A stretch of 64,000 bases of DNA from Felis catus (taxonomy: Eukaryota): assembly GCF_018350175.1 (NCBI RefSeq), contig NC_058373.1:104348001-104412000 (forward strand). Reading direction: 5' to 3'. A program made the translations under genes and the position numbers. This document shows positions 25,685 to 38,954 of this stretch, one piece after another. Each line of letters opens with the position of its first letter. The first letter of the stretch is position 1. The notes beneath the pieces were generated by a model. That model did no database searches. It was not told the DNA's origin and was given only the letters and a program-made list of their open reading frames with translations.

Positions 25685-26335
25685 ACATAGAAAGACAAAT
25701 ACTGCATGATCTCACTTATATGAGGAAACTGAAATAGTCAACCTCACAGAAGCAGTGTGTAGAATGGTGGTTGGAAGAAGCTGGGGGTGGAGGATGGGGA
25801 ATGGGAAGATGTTGGTCAAGGGGTACAAAGTTCCACTTATGCTAGATGAATGAGTTTTGGAGATCTAACATACTGCAAAGAGATAGTTAACAACCTTGTA
25901 TTGTATGCTTGAAACTTGCTAAGAGCATGGACCTTAAGTGTTCTCAGCACACACACGAAAAAGGGAAAAAGGAAATAGTAACTATGTGAAGTGACGGATA
26001 TGTTATTTATCTTGATTGCAGTGATCATTTCACAATGTATGTGTGTATCAAAACATCAAGTGGTACACCTTAAATACATACAATTTTTAAAAAATGTTTA
26101 TTTTCGGAGAGAGAAAGACAGAGTGCATGTGTGAGCAGGGGAGGGGCATAGAGAGGGAGAGAGAGAATCCCAAGCAGGATCCGCCCTGTCAGATCAGAGC
26201 CTGATGCAGGTCTGATGTCACGAACTATGAGATCATGAACAGAACAGAAATCAAGATTGGACACATAACTGACTGAGCCACTCAGGCACCCCATTAAATA
26301 CATATCATTTTTATTTGTCAGTTATACTTCAATAA

Positions 26336-26337
<2 letters not shown>
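25685..26337 (+). mobile_element. Old L1MA-type 3' end interrupted by a SINE
   Basis: gaaagacaaatactgcatgatctcacttatatg...gggtacaaagtt...tacttcaataaa. Confidence 0.85.
26085..26293 (-). mobile_element. Can-SINE
   Basis: Ends caggcacccc; flanking ttaaatacata repeat. Confidence 0.88.
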
Positions 26338-26423
<86 letters not shown>

Positions 26424-26428
26424 AGAGA
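26338..26428. repeat. Compound (GT)n(GA)n microsatellite
   Basis: Seen directly. Confidence 0.95.
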
Positions 26429-27459
26429 TTCTTAGCCTTGCTTTCTATATCCCAGTCCTCACCATCCCTGTCTCCCAGCTGACGATGAAGAGATCCAGAC
26501 TTGATAAGTACGAATGCTTGGGCAGGAGAAATTTCTAACAGACTTCATGCTTCTACTGTGCTTCCCCCAAATCAGCTATGATGGTGATCTAGGTAAAATG
26601 AAGTAATGAAAAAGAAGAGGGAAAAATACAATAGCGCTTAATAGGAAGCAATAAATTTAATCTAGAATATATACAAATAATATATATCATTTCCCTAGCT
26701 ACTTGTGACTTACTCCTGATGATAGTTAACACATAGAAGTTTACAAAAGGTGTTCTTCTTCGTAAATTAGAGTTAATGGCATTCCTGTAATGATGTCACT
26801 TGATTCACATGATTCTGATATCCTTTCTTGAATGAAAGAGAAATGGGCAGCATTCCTCCAGAAAACGTATAAGGACGTGTGTCACACTTTATCATCCATT
26901 GTGTATGGAAGCAGAAAAGAAGTTTGAGAACTCCTAGGACTGAACTAGGAGTTGGGGATCATGATTTTCTTCTAGTTGGGTCCTGGCTCTTGATACTCCC
27001 ATTTTATTTTAGTAGATACTGTTCAGGAGTAGCTGTTTGCCATATGTAATACTCAGGTGAGGAAATAAGGATGTTGAGTCAAGAGTCTCTAATTAAGAAT
27101 ATAAAGGAAAATTAATTAAAATTGGAGATGAGTATTCTTCAGTATCTTTTATAAACAACCTCTTCTGTCAGCCCTTTAACCAATGTGAACTAAAGATAGC
27201 TAACACTTACCAGTTTGCCACGGCAATGAAGCAACCAAAGGCATTGGCAGTATGGGAATCGGCTTTGACCTAAGGTAGCTCTTATTTGCAGGGCACTTCC
27301 CTTCTTTCTTGGGTTTGTGTTGAGATGGTTTCCATCTGGGCACCCCAGGATTTCTCTTAACTGAGATGGTATATATGTCACAGAATTTTGACCCTGAGTT
27401 ATTACTAAAAACTGGAGTCTAGAGGGAACCCGAGAATGTTGAAGCATAGCACAGCATCT

Positions 27460-27725
27460 TATATCATGGTTAATTGTATCTGCTTTGATATTAGAAAGTC
27501 TGGGTTCAAACCCAGATGCAGCCACTTAACAGCTTTGTGATCCTGGAGAGTTTAATCACTCAGGGCATCTGGTTTCCTCTTCTGTAAAAGGAAGAGAATA
27601 ATGATAGTCCTTATTTCACAGGGAAATGGGCATGATTAAATAAAACAATGCATGTAACATATTTAGCAGAGGGCCTGACGCAGAGTAAGTATTTAATACA
27701 TGTGAATTCCTTGTATTATTATTGT
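27460..27725 (+). mobile_element. MIR
   Basis: ctgggttcaaaccc...tttcctcttctgtaaaa...gattaaataaaacaatgcatgtaa...cctgacgcagagtaagt. Confidence 0.75.
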
Positions 27726-28111
27726 TATTAGTGGAAAATATCGGGACTTGCATTCCGCAAAGTAAAAAAAGCAAGGACCTGTTATTTTAACGCGAAGATC
27801 TGTATATTATGTTAGTTTCTAAGAAGGGAATTTGGGCAAGAGAATCAAACTGTGGACCCAGGTCATCTTTGCAAAGGGTTATATACCAGGAAGCTGTCAG
27901 CAGAGGCTTCAGCTAAAGGGTTATCCTACACTCAGCCTGAGATCTGTTGTCTGACAGGTGGGGCTGCATTTCTTCCTGAAGAGCTCTGAGCATCCTGGAC
28001 AATACCTTGTCCCTCCTGGATTGAGTTACTAATGTTCCTTACAGGGCCCTCTTCCTCAAGGGTAGACATTTACTACTCACTTATTTATGGAAATGAAATC
28101 TTTCCTTTTAT

Positions 28112-28344
28112 GAAAAAAAAAAAGAGGCTAGAGTGGGAGAGAGTCAAAGTATAAGAGACTCTTGAAAACTGAGAACTGAGGGTTGATGGGGGGTGGGAGG
28201 GAGAGGAGGGTAGGTGATGGGCATTGAAGAGGGCATCTTTTGGGATGAGCACTGGGTGTTGTATGGAAACCAATTTGACAATAAATTTCATATATTAAAA
28301 AATAAATAAATAAATAAACAAATAAATAAATAAAAATTAAAAAA
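28112..28344 (+). mobile_element. 5'-truncated L1 3' end
   Basis: 16-bp TSD aaatctttccttttat at 28096-28111 and 28345-28360; (TAAA) tail. Confidence 0.92.
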
Positions 28345-28567
28345 AAATCTTTCCTTTTATATTTAATCTACCCTTCAGGGTTGGCACTTGAATAAAGCAA
28401 GATGACTATATATATATATATTTTTTTTTTAATTAAATTTCCAATTTATGAGGGTAGGGTACACATTAAAAACTTTTTATTTTGAAATAATTTCAAATTT
28501 TCTGAAAACTTGCAAATAATAATACAAAGGACTCCTACATATCTTCCATCAAGATAGCCCAATTGTT

Positions 28568-28762
28568 GGGACACCTGGGTGGCTTAGTTGGTGGAGAGTC
28601 CGAATCTTGATTTTGGCTCACATTGTGATCCCAGGGTTGTGAGATCAAGCCCCTCAGCAGGCTCCACATTGTGTGTGGAGACTGCTTAAGATTCTTTCTC
28701 TTTCTCTCTCTCTCTGCCCAGCTTGTGCATGCTTTCTCTCTCTCAAAAAAAAAAAAAAAAAG
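28568..28762 (+). mobile_element. Can-SINE
   Basis: SINE body; cccaattgtt repeated on both sides. Confidence 0.88.
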
Positions 28763-29494
28763 AGGTTTCCCAATTGTTAATGTAGGGAACCACTCAGAAC
28801 CTCAGAGTTGGTATCAAGATGATTTGAGAATAAAGAGATGCAGAAAGAAGCATTTTTGGAGCTTTCCTGATCTAACTAAAAGCAGCAATTTCTGTAAAAT
28901 AAATTCCTTCTTTTGGGATTACCTACTCCCAGAAGGGAAAACATAAATAGAGTCTAACCCAAATTCCTTCGCCCAAGAGTTTTGTGGCCCTGAGGGAGAC
29001 AGAAAAACCATTCATACCTATATTGACAAACACTATCACTTTCTTATCTCTCGATTGTTCTAAACACCCATTTGTTTGTCTTAAAGAAACCTATTTATTC
29101 CTGGCAGAAAAGTCTTTCTCTCACCTTTCCTTCTATCAAGTTTCGTATACACTAAAGCCTTGGATTGCGACTAACTTGTTCTGTGAGTGTTCCAGTGTTC
29201 TGGAAGACAGCAAACATTTCTAACAAATTTTAACTTGATAGGTGAGCAATGTCTTGCGAAATTGGTAGCACGTGATGCCTAATGTCACATGCTCACAACT
29301 GAGCCAAGGGTTCTTTTCTCTCTGCCTCTCTCTTTCTCTCACTGCGGGACTGTGGGTGATCGTCTCCCATGCTCAGATGCTCTGTCTCAGGCCACGGTAG
29401 AAATCAGTGATTTTTCAGAACGCTGGAAGGCACCCACAACTGGCACTAGTGTATTTTTTTGTCACTTCAATGCACCAATGGACAGTTCTTTGCT

Positions 29495-32400
29495 TTTCTT
29501 TTCTTTTTTCTTTATTTATCTTTTTAAATTTATATTCAAGTTACTTATCATACAGTGCAACAATGATTTCAGGAGTAGATTCCTTAGTGCCCCTTACCCA
29601 TTTAGCCCATCCCCCCTCCCACACCCCCTCCAGTAACCCCCAGTTTGTTCTCCATATTTAAGAGTCTTTTATGTTTTGTCCCCCTCCCTGTTCTTATATT
29701 ATTTTTGCTTCCCTTCCCTTATGTTCATCTGTTTTTTACCTTAAAGTCCTCATAGAGTGAAGTCATATGATATTTGTCTTTCTCTGACTGACTAATTTCA
29801 CTTAGCATAATACCCTCCAGTTCCATCCACGTAGTTGCAAATGGCAAGATTTCATTCTTTTTTGATTGCTGACTAATGCTCCATTGTGTGTATATATATA
29901 TACCACATCTTCTTTATCCATTCATCCATCGATGGACATTGGGCTCTTTCCATACTTTGGTTATTGTTGATAGTGCTGCTATAAACGTGGGGGTGCATGT
30001 GTCCCTTTGAAACAGCACACCTGTATCCTGTGAATAAATGCCTAGTAGTGCAATTGCGGGGTCGTAGGGTAGTTCTATTTTTAGTTTTTTGAGGAACCTC
30101 CATACTGTTTTCCAGAGTGGCTGCACCAGCTTGCATTCCCACCAGCAATGCAAAAGAGATCCCCTTTCTCCGCATCCTCACCAACATCTGTTGTTGCCTG
30201 AGTTGTTAATGTCAGCCATCCTGACAGGTGTAAGGTGGTATCTCACTGTGGTTTTTATTTGTATTACCCTGATGAGTGATGTGGAGCATTTTCTCATGTG
30301 TCAGTTGGCCATCTGGATGTGTTCTTTGGAGAAGTGTCTAATCATGTCTTTTGCCCATTTCTTCACTGGATTGCTTGTTTCTTGGGTGTTGAGTTTGATA
30401 AGTTCTTTATAGATTTTGGATACTAACCCTTTATCTGATATGTCATTTGCAAATATCTTCTCCCATTCTGTCGGTTGCCTTTTAGTTTTGCTGATTGTTT
30501 CCTTCGCTGTGCAGAAGCTTTTTATTTTGATGAGGTCCCAGTAGTTCATTTTTGCTTTTGTTTCCCTTGCCTCTGGAGACGTGTTGAGTAAGAAGTTACT
30601 GTGGCCAAGATCAAAGAGGTTTGTGCCTGCTTTCTCCTCAAGGATTTTGATGGCTTCCTGTCTTACATTGAGGTATTTCATCCATTTTGAGTTTATTTTT
30701 GCGTATGGTGTAAGAAAGTGGTCCAGGTTCATTCTTCTACATGTCACTGTCCAGTTTTCCCAGCACCACTTGCTGAAGAGACTGTCTTTCTTCCATTGGA
30801 TACTCATTCCTGCTTTGTCAAAGATTAGTTGGTCATACGTTTGTGGGTCCATTTCTGGGTTCTCTATTCTGTTCCATTGACCTGAGTGTCTGTTTTTATG
30901 CCAGTACCATGCTGTCTTGATGGTTACAGCTTTGTAATACAGGTGAAAGTATGGAATTGTGATGCCTCCTGCTTTGGTTTTCTTTTTCAAGATCACTTCG
31001 GCTATTCAGGGTCTTTTCTGGTTCCATACAAATTTTAGGATTGTTTGTTCTAGCTCTGTGAAGAATGCTGGTGTTATTTTGATAGGGATTGCATTGAATG
31101 TGTAGATTGCTTTGGGTAGTATCGACATTTTAACAATATTTGTTCTTCCAATCCATGAACATGGAATATTTTTTCCATTTTTATGTGTCTTATTCAGTTT
31201 CTTTCAAAGGCTTTCTATAGTTTTCAGGGTATAGATTTTTCACCTCTTTGGTTAGGTTTAATCCTAGGTATTTTATGGTTTTGGGTGCAATTGTAAATGG
31301 GATTAATTCCTTGATTTCTCTTTCTGCTGCTTCATTATTGGTGTATAGAAATGCAACCGATTTCTGTGCATTGATTTTATATCCCGCAACTTTGCTGAAT
31401 ACATGAATCAGTCTAGCAGTTTTTGGTGGGATCTTTTGGGTTTTCCATATAGAGTATCATGTCATCTGCAAAGAGTGAAAGTTTGACTTCCTCTTTGCCA
31501 ATTTGGATGCCTTTTATTTCTTTGTGTTACCTGATGGCTGAGGCTAGGACTTCCATACTATGTTAAATAACAGTGGTGAGAGTGGACATCCCTCATGTTC
31601 CTGACCTTGGGGGGAAAGCTCTCAGTTTTTCCCCATTGAGGATGGTATTAGTGGTGGGTCTTTCGTATATAGCTTTTGTGATCTTGAGGTATGATCTTTC
31701 TGTCTTTTTTTTTTTAATGTTTTTATTTATTTTTGAGAGAGAGAGCGTGAGAAGGGAGGGGCAGAGGGAGGGAGACTCAGAATATGAAGCAGGCTCCAGG
31801 CTCTGGCTCCAGCCTGTCAGCCCAGAGCCAGATGTGGAGCTTGAAACCAGGAGCTGTGAGATCATGACATGAGCTGAAGTCGGATACTTAACCAACTGAG
31901 CCACTCGGGGGCCCCAAGATATGATCCTTCTGTCCCTACTTTCTTGAGGGTTTTTATCAAGAAAGGATGCTGTGTTTTGTCAAATGCTTTCTCTGCATAT
32001 ATTTAGAGGATCATGTGATTCTTACACTTTCTTTTATTAATGTTTCACATTGATTGATTTGTGGATATTGAACAAGCCCTACCTCCCAGGTATAAGTCCC
32101 ACTAGATTGTGGTGAATTTTTCTTTTAATGTATTGTTGGATCTGGTTGGCTAGTATCTTGTTGAGAATTTTTGCATCCATGTTCATCAGGGACATTGGTC
32201 TAGAGTTCTCCTTTTTAGTGGGGGTGTCTGTCTGGTTTTGGAATCAACATAATGCTGGCCTCAGAGAATGAGTTTGGAAGTTTTCCTTCCATTTCTATTT
32301 TTTGGAACAGCTTCAAAAGAATAGGTGTTAAGTCTTCTTTAAATGTTTGGTAGAATTCCCCTGGAAAGCCATTCAGCCCTGGACTTTTGTTTTTTAGGAG

Positions 32401-32597
32401 ATTTTTTTAAATTACTAATTAAATTTCTTTACTGGTTATGGTCTGTTCAAATTTTCTATTTCTTCCTGTTTCCATTTTGGTAGTTTGTATATTTCTAGGA
32501 ATTTGTCCATTTCTTCCAGATTGCCCAATTTATTGGCATATAATTGCTCATAATATTCTTATTATTGTTTGTATATCTGCAGTGTTGGTTGTGATCT
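29495..32597 (-). mobile_element. 5'-truncated carnivore L1 (ORF2 RT to 3' UTR)
   Basis: ORF-track ORF2 fragments (e.g. 30301-30996), L1 3' UTR and T tail. Confidence 0.96.
31705..31915 (-). mobile_element. Can-SINE inside L1
   Basis: TSD atgatc(t/c)ttctgtc. Confidence 0.9.
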
Positions 32598-34347
32598 GAC
32601 AAGAGTTTATTAATAATGTACTGTAGTCAACATCCATATGCATGTATACAATGGTCCCCATGCAGAACAAAATTCCATTGAGCCAATAGATAGCAGTGAG
32701 TACGGTAGTGATAGTGAAAGTCATTCTACACAATAACACTCCTCTCTCTGGTCTCCCTCACACCAGTCATGATGGTTTTCAAGGTAAGTGCAGGTTAATT
32801 TATTTACCTTTCTTTATATTTTGTATTTTCTTTACTATTTTATATTATATTCCAGTATTATAATCATTTTTATATGAATATTTTTGGGTTGTGGAACAAA
32901 TCATCTGAGTTCCCCTTATTTCTTATGGGGAAATTCACTGTGATATACAAGTGCTTTGGATTACAAGCATGTTTCTGGAATGAATTATATTCACCAACCA
33001 AGCTTTTACTCTATAGGCCTTTACCTTAAACCATTTAAGAAGCCAGCTACTTCTTTTACTGGCTCCCATGTGTACATGAATAAATCTTTTTCTCCTGTTA
33101 ATCTGTCTTTTGTCAGTTTAATATGCAAGCCTTAGAGAAAGAACATGTCAAGACATTGACAAATTTTGCCTCCCCTACCTTAACATTTTACCACTGTTGC
33201 TTTATCATTTCCTCTTTCATGGATATTCCTAATTTTTCCTAAACCATTTGAGTTATTGCCCCTTAATACTTCAATGTATAATTCCTAAAAATAAATGCTC
33301 TCTTTTATATAACCACAAGAAATTAATGTTGAACAATGCTATCATCTAATCCACAGACCTCACTCAAAATTTGCTGACTGTCCCAATAATGACCCAGTAA
33401 GATCCTTAATAGTCCAGGATCCAATCTAGGATCATGTGTCATATTTAGTTGTCATTTCTTTTAGTTTCCCTCAATCTAGAACAGTTCCCTAGTCTTTCCT
33501 GTCTTTCCTTATCTTTTGTGACATTGACAGTTTTAAAAATTTACTCTGTGAAATGTTTCTCAATTTTTTTTTTCTTTTTGGTGTTTCCTTATGATTGGAT
33601 TCAGATTATACATTTCTGGCAGGAATACTACCGAAGTGATGTGTGTTCCTCTCAGTGTATAATATCAGGAGGCACATAGTGTTTGTTTGTCCCATTACTG
33701 TAGCTGCTCCCTTTTGTCCCTTGGTTATCTTCCTGGTTATTTTATTATAAAATGAATAACTATTACTATTTATTAAAAAGCAATGAATAAGTGTTTTGTG
33801 GGCAGATGCTTTGGGACTATCTAAATATTATGTTTTTCGTCAAATTTTCACTCATTAGTCTTAGCACCCATTGGTGATTCAGAATTAAATAAATTAGTAC
33901 CATGATAATTGCCAAGTGGTGATTTTCTAACTCCAATATTCCCTCTATATTTATTCTTTAGAGTCCTTATAATTCATTTCCTTTCATTTATTTAAAAGTT
34001 AATTTTTATCTGCATGGACTCATGGATTTCTGTTTTTATTCAGTGTGTTATTACCTGTTGCTCTCATTATTAGCGCCTCAGGCTGGCTCCTATGTCCTTT
34101 TGACATGCCCCCAACACTCTCTGAGTACTTCTTTACTTTCTGGCACAACACCACATTCTAGGCTCATCTGCTATTTCCCTGCAGCAGCCCTGAAATCAGT
34201 CATTTCTTTAAAGTGTCCTGGTTTCTTTTAGTGGAGAATGTAATTTAGAAACCATGACCATGGTGATCATTAGTACTGGAATGTCATGGCTCTTAGGTCT
34301 TCTCAGCAGACTAGGAAATATGACACACTCACACATATACACATCCA

Positions 34348-34387
<40 letters not shown>

Positions 34388-34402
34388 CATCCATCCATCC
34401 AT
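34348..34402. repeat. (TCTA)n(TCCA)n microsatellite
   Basis: Seen directly. Confidence 0.92.
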
Positions 34403-34919
34403 TCATCTCTCCATCTATGTGTATATGTTAAAAACCATGAATTTCTGCTGATTCCTTCAATTCCAACGGTCAGTTCTCTTATGTGTAACCAATGTCCTTA
34501 CCACACAGCCTGCCTCTTTGGCTCCAGCCCCACTGACCAAATTTATATCTTAACTAAGGGATATGGAAGAGGAAGAGATGGCATGTGTTCTCTTTAATGA
34601 AGCTTGAAGTGGAGATTCTGCTACTCAGTAGAATGTAAAGTGTTTTTCCTACTTAAATCCAATTCTAAGTTCACAGCAGACAAGGAAAAGCCTAAAAGAA
34701 AGGTTCACATTCACTTGTTACACGTGGCAAGTGGTTATCTACTGTGCTTCTTCTAATTATCAGAGACTGATGTAACACTCTATTGAAGCCATTAGTAAGT
34801 CGTTTTTATTACCTTATGGACAGACCTGCCCATTTTAGTACAACCAATGTTTGATTAATGTAGTAAAATATCAAACATCAGATTTTGCCGCCAGTTTACA
34901 CATTTCATATTTCACTCCA

Positions 34920-35134
34920 TTTTTTTTAACGTTTATTTATTTTTGAGAGAGAGAGAGAGAGACTGAGCGTGAGCAGGGTAGGGACAGAGAGAGACACACA
35001 CACAGAATCTGAAGCAGCCTCCAGGCTCTGAGCTGTCAGCACAGAGACTGACGCGGGGCTCAAACTCAAGAGTTGTGAGGTCATGACCTGAGCTGAAGTT
35101 GGACACTTAACTGACTGAGCCACCCAGGCACCCC
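34920..35134 (-). mobile_element. Can-SINE
   Basis: SINE body; degenerate TSD around cactcc(a/g)tttt. Confidence 0.92.
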
Positions 35135-35274
35135 TCAGATTGCACTCCGTTTTAAAATTATAACCAATATTTTGGAATTCAGCACTTCAGTATACTTAAA
35201 CACTGTTCTGGCTTGAAGTATTATCTATTACATATAGCCCTTTAAGCCTTAGTAGTTTGAAAGGGTTTGTTTAA

Positions 35275-35455
35275 CGAGTCCTCAAATTTTAATGAGCATC
35301 CAAACTCCTGTGGTGAAGGTTAACATGCTGATCCCTGAGCCCACACCTAGAGATTCTGATTCAGTACCTCTGGGGATCACCTCCATTTTAATGAGACCCC
35401 TGGAAGTTTCAGGAGCAGGTGGCCCAGGGACCACACCTTGAGAAATACTGGATTA
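35275..35455. mobile_element. MER5-like fragment
   Basis: ctcaaatttt...agattctgattcagta...gaccacaccttgagaaatactgg. Confidence 0.65.
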
Positions 35456-35544
35456 ACATGTTTTCACTCAAATCCAGGAGAGTTCCAGTTTAGAATCTGT
35501 AGTTGATCACTCCTAGTCATAAGCAAGGTAGAATTGTTCATTAG

Positions 35545-36006
35545 TGTAGCCAAAGTTCAGCTTTGCCAGAGCACCCGGCTCTGGGGACCCCAAAAAATCA
35601 GATTCTGCCACTCACCATGGACAAAAGCCAAAGGCAGGGAGACTAGTGGCGGTGAAACAAGAAAGGAATTTATTTCAGTGAGGCCAACATCGGGAAGACC
35701 CCAGACTAGCGTCTCAAAGACTGTCTTCAAGGGGCCAAAAGTACTTCCAGATTTATATAAGGAAAATGTGGGAGAAAGCTACATGCAGGTGGGCAGTAAA
35801 ATTCAAGTCGATCATTGTCTTGGGGTCAGTCACATGGGGTCTTCCTGGCTCAGGAGAGTCCTTACTGCCTGAGAGGGTAGTTTTGTTTCCATCAAGAGAT
35901 GTCCTGCCTGAGGAGTCTTTTGCCCTTTAAGAGATAAGCTGGAAAGAACTTAATCAATTAGAAAGTTTGGAGGCATGAAAATGGAGGCAGTTAAAGTCTT
36001 CTTTCA
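35545..36006 (-). mobile_element. Solo ERV1-type LTR (462 bp)
   Basis: TG...CA ends; 4-bp TSD ttag at 35541-35544 and 36007-36010; minus-strand TATA (~35752-35758) and AATAAA (~35669-35674). Confidence 0.8.
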
Positions 36007-36611
36007 TTAGGACTCAGCAAAGCTTTCGCAGTCAACAAGTGTATCAGTGGGATGAACCTTGGTTTCCAGCACCTACAACTGCAGGACAAATGTTGTGCTT
36101 GTTCATCACCATCCATGTGTCAAGGCTGTGCTAGTGTGTCCAACAAGGGTGGCATAAAGCCAGAACCTTGACTGACCAAGCAGAGTTGCAGCAGGCTGTC
36201 CTCCAGCATGCCAACTTGAAGGGCCAGGCTTTCAGATGTTTGGGTTTGGCTGCTTAGTGTTCTTTAAGACTCAGAAGTGACTGGAGACAGACTGAGTACA
36301 CATGCCGCATGATCCTACTTAAAGTGTATTTCCCTTCTTTGGTTTTCCCTGTAGAACAAGGACACATGACTGAAAAAATTATACTCTTCAGCAGAAAGAA
36401 AGCAACTATCAATCAACCCCTCTTTAATCATTTATGCTGAGTCTCTTCACAGAGTGTTGCATTCAATCACCATAATTACCTGGTGAGGAGGGGACTTTAT
36501 TATCATAGTTCCACAGATGAGGAAAGGGAGATGCAGAGAAGATGAACATTTGTACATGATCACACAGCTAGTAAGTGGACATGAAGAGTTTTGACTCTTG
36601 GTCTTTTGTCT

Positions 36612-36828
36612 TTTCTTTTTTTTAACATTTTTATTTATTTTTGAGAGACAGAGAGAGACAGAGCACAAGTGGGGGAGGGTCAGAGAGAGAGGGAGACACA
36701 GAATCCGAAGCAGGCTCCAGGCTCTGAGCTGTCAGCACAGAGCCCAACGCAGGGCTCCAAACCACCAACTGTGCGATCATGACCTAAGCTGAAGTCTGAC
36801 GCCTAGCCAACTGAGCCACCAGGTGCCC
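36612..36828 (-). mobile_element. Can-SINE inserted in a MIR (~36420-36870)
   Basis: TSD cttggtcttttgtcttt on both sides. Confidence 0.92.
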
Positions 36829-37759
36829 CTTGGTCTTTTGTCTTTAAATCCAGTGCTTTGTGCAAGAAACACTATACTGGGGAACCTCTTGTATTTTGAT
36901 TTTGTTTTCCCTTCCAAGGGTTGTTATTCATGGATGAAAGTAAGCCTAGCAGTAAGACCCGTGCATGTTGGGAGCTGTTACACAGCACACTTCTCCCCTC
37001 TCTCCAGATCTACAATTGTTAGAGAAAACAGTAGACTCTAGCCTGCTAGACAATCCTGGGTCTTTCCCTCTCATGGGTGGAGTGGGAACCAGGCCTTGGT
37101 TATGCAAAGTGAAAGCAAAGATCCTCTTCTGAAGTGGAAATATTTCATAGAGGGTTCTTTCTCTACATTTGTACAATAAAAAGGACCACTGTGTGATTTC
37201 ATAAGAAAAGACCAGCCTGCTCTCCAAGGATTACTGTGGAAGTCATCATTTCCAGATCTAAACTGCTACTTTGGATGCCTCCCACCTCCCCCAGCTTCTT
37301 CCTCTCAAGATTCCAGCCCAGTGCCCATTAGGTGAGTCAAGGATCCCATGGTCCATAGACCTCAGTGGCAGCACCTGAGTTCATGACCCAGAAACTTGAA
37401 TAGACCAATGTCTTCCAGCTTCTAAGAGCCAGAGCCAGAACTCAAGCCAGATCTCCTGACCTCAAGTGATTCCTCTTTCCTCAGAGTGTGGCAGTGGGTG
37501 TGAATATGTGTGAGTGTGGTGCGTGGGCTAGACAGTAGCCCCAGCTCTCTCCTAATAGTCGTCCAGATTTCATGTAAAATACTTGGATCAGTCCTTTTTG
37601 GGGACCAATTCAGTCCCTTTTCCTAGCACCCTACAACTCAACCCATCCAGTGATGCACTAGCATAGCAGCCCCTAAAAGTCAGTGCTTTGGGTGGATACC
37701 ACAGAAATAATACTGAGTATAACATGAAACTTCCATACCCATCATCATATCTAATCCAT

Positions 37760-38230
37760 CACCGAGATGGATTAATTTTACTCTCTAAATATCTGCCCAA
37801 TGGGTCCACTTCTCTCTATCTCCATTGCCACTATTCTAGCATAAACCACCAGTATTTCTGGTGGGGCCACTGCAGGGATCTCCTAGGGTCTCCCTCCTTT
37901 GTATACTCTGGTGCCCCCTTCAATGTATTCTCCTCCCTGCATCCTAAGTCAACACCTCCTCTCTTGACTGTCCTAAACAGCTTTCCCCTAACCCTTTTGT
38001 CTATGTAACATCTGCTTATTCGTCAGATCTCAGAACCATCAGGGTTACTCCTTAGGGAGGGTGTTTTTGCCTCACAAGTTCTTGTGCTGTTCATTCGTAT
38101 AGAAATACCCTCTATAACTTCATAGCATTTACCTCCAATCATAATTAAACACTCATAGATGTAACTATTGCATTAATGGATGTTTCCTCTGTTAGACTAT
38201 AAAATCCACGAGAAAAGGGGATACATCTGT
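37760..38230. mobile_element. L2-like degenerate fragment
   Basis: ccacttctctctatctccattgccact...tagactataaaatccacgag. Confidence 0.5.
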
Positions 38231-38954
38231 ATCAGTCTCTCCCTCTCCCTTCGCTCCTCTGTTTCTCCCTACCTCCATTCTTCTTCCTCACTTAAGGTTT
38301 GTTTGTTTGTTTGTTTGGCCATAGGAATTCTATCTTCTCATTGGACAAAAGGTATGAACTATTTCACATTGAAAAGGAAAAATGGAAGTTATTTCAAGTC
38401 AAAAAATTGAAGGGCAGGCTTCCAAATATCTGAGATGTTCCACTAAGATCTAAGTTAAAGCAATTCTGCCAGCCCCCCCCCCCACCACCTTTTATGCTTG
38501 TAACTCACTTCTCTCACTTTTGTTTTTGCTTTTTTCATTCTTCCACAGTTTTATTTCTTAAACTTTTCAACAGAAAATTTCAAAATTAAATAGGTGAATA
38601 CAGTATTATTAACTTTCATGTACTATCACAAGCTTTAACAGTTAATAGCGTCTTGTTTCATCTTTCTCTTTCCACTTTTGTTGTTGGTGACGGTGGTAGT
38701 AATTTAAAGCAAATGCTGACATCATATCATTTTATACACAAATAGTTCAGTAATTAGCTTTACACACAAGGATTTTTTAAAACATAACTCTTAACAATAA
38801 TAATTCCTTCATGTAGTTTTAATAATATTTAATTCCCCATCCACGCTCATATCTTCTCCATTTTCTAAAAACTATACTACAGTTGATTCATTTAGGCTAG
38901 GATCAAACAAGATCCACACATTGCATTGTTTCTGAAGTCTCTCTCTCTCTCTCT

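Larger units (their letters stand above)
29150..33011. mobile_element. Tigger/pogo-like non-autonomous DNA transposon split into 29150-~29495 and ~32598-33011
   Basis: Imperfect TIRs (cactaaagccttggattgcga versus reverse complement gagtaaaagcttggttggtga) flanked by TA at 29148-29149 and 33012-33013. Confidence 0.65.
28781..33179 (+). mobile_element. ERV1-type solo LTR split into 28781-29149 and 33012-33179
   Basis: Inverted termini tgtaggg...cccctac(c), flanking ttaa on both sides, AATAAA and ttctcctgttaatctgtcttttgtcagtttaat in the 3' half. Confidence 0.7.
28455..34460 (-). mobile_element. Ancient L1MC-like element, split by nested insertions
   Basis: ttttattttgaaataatttcaaa...cccaattgttaa at 28455-28780 resumes as ttaacattttacc at 33180, then atctaatccacagacc, ggcaggaatactac and similar motifs. 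Confidence 0.7.
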
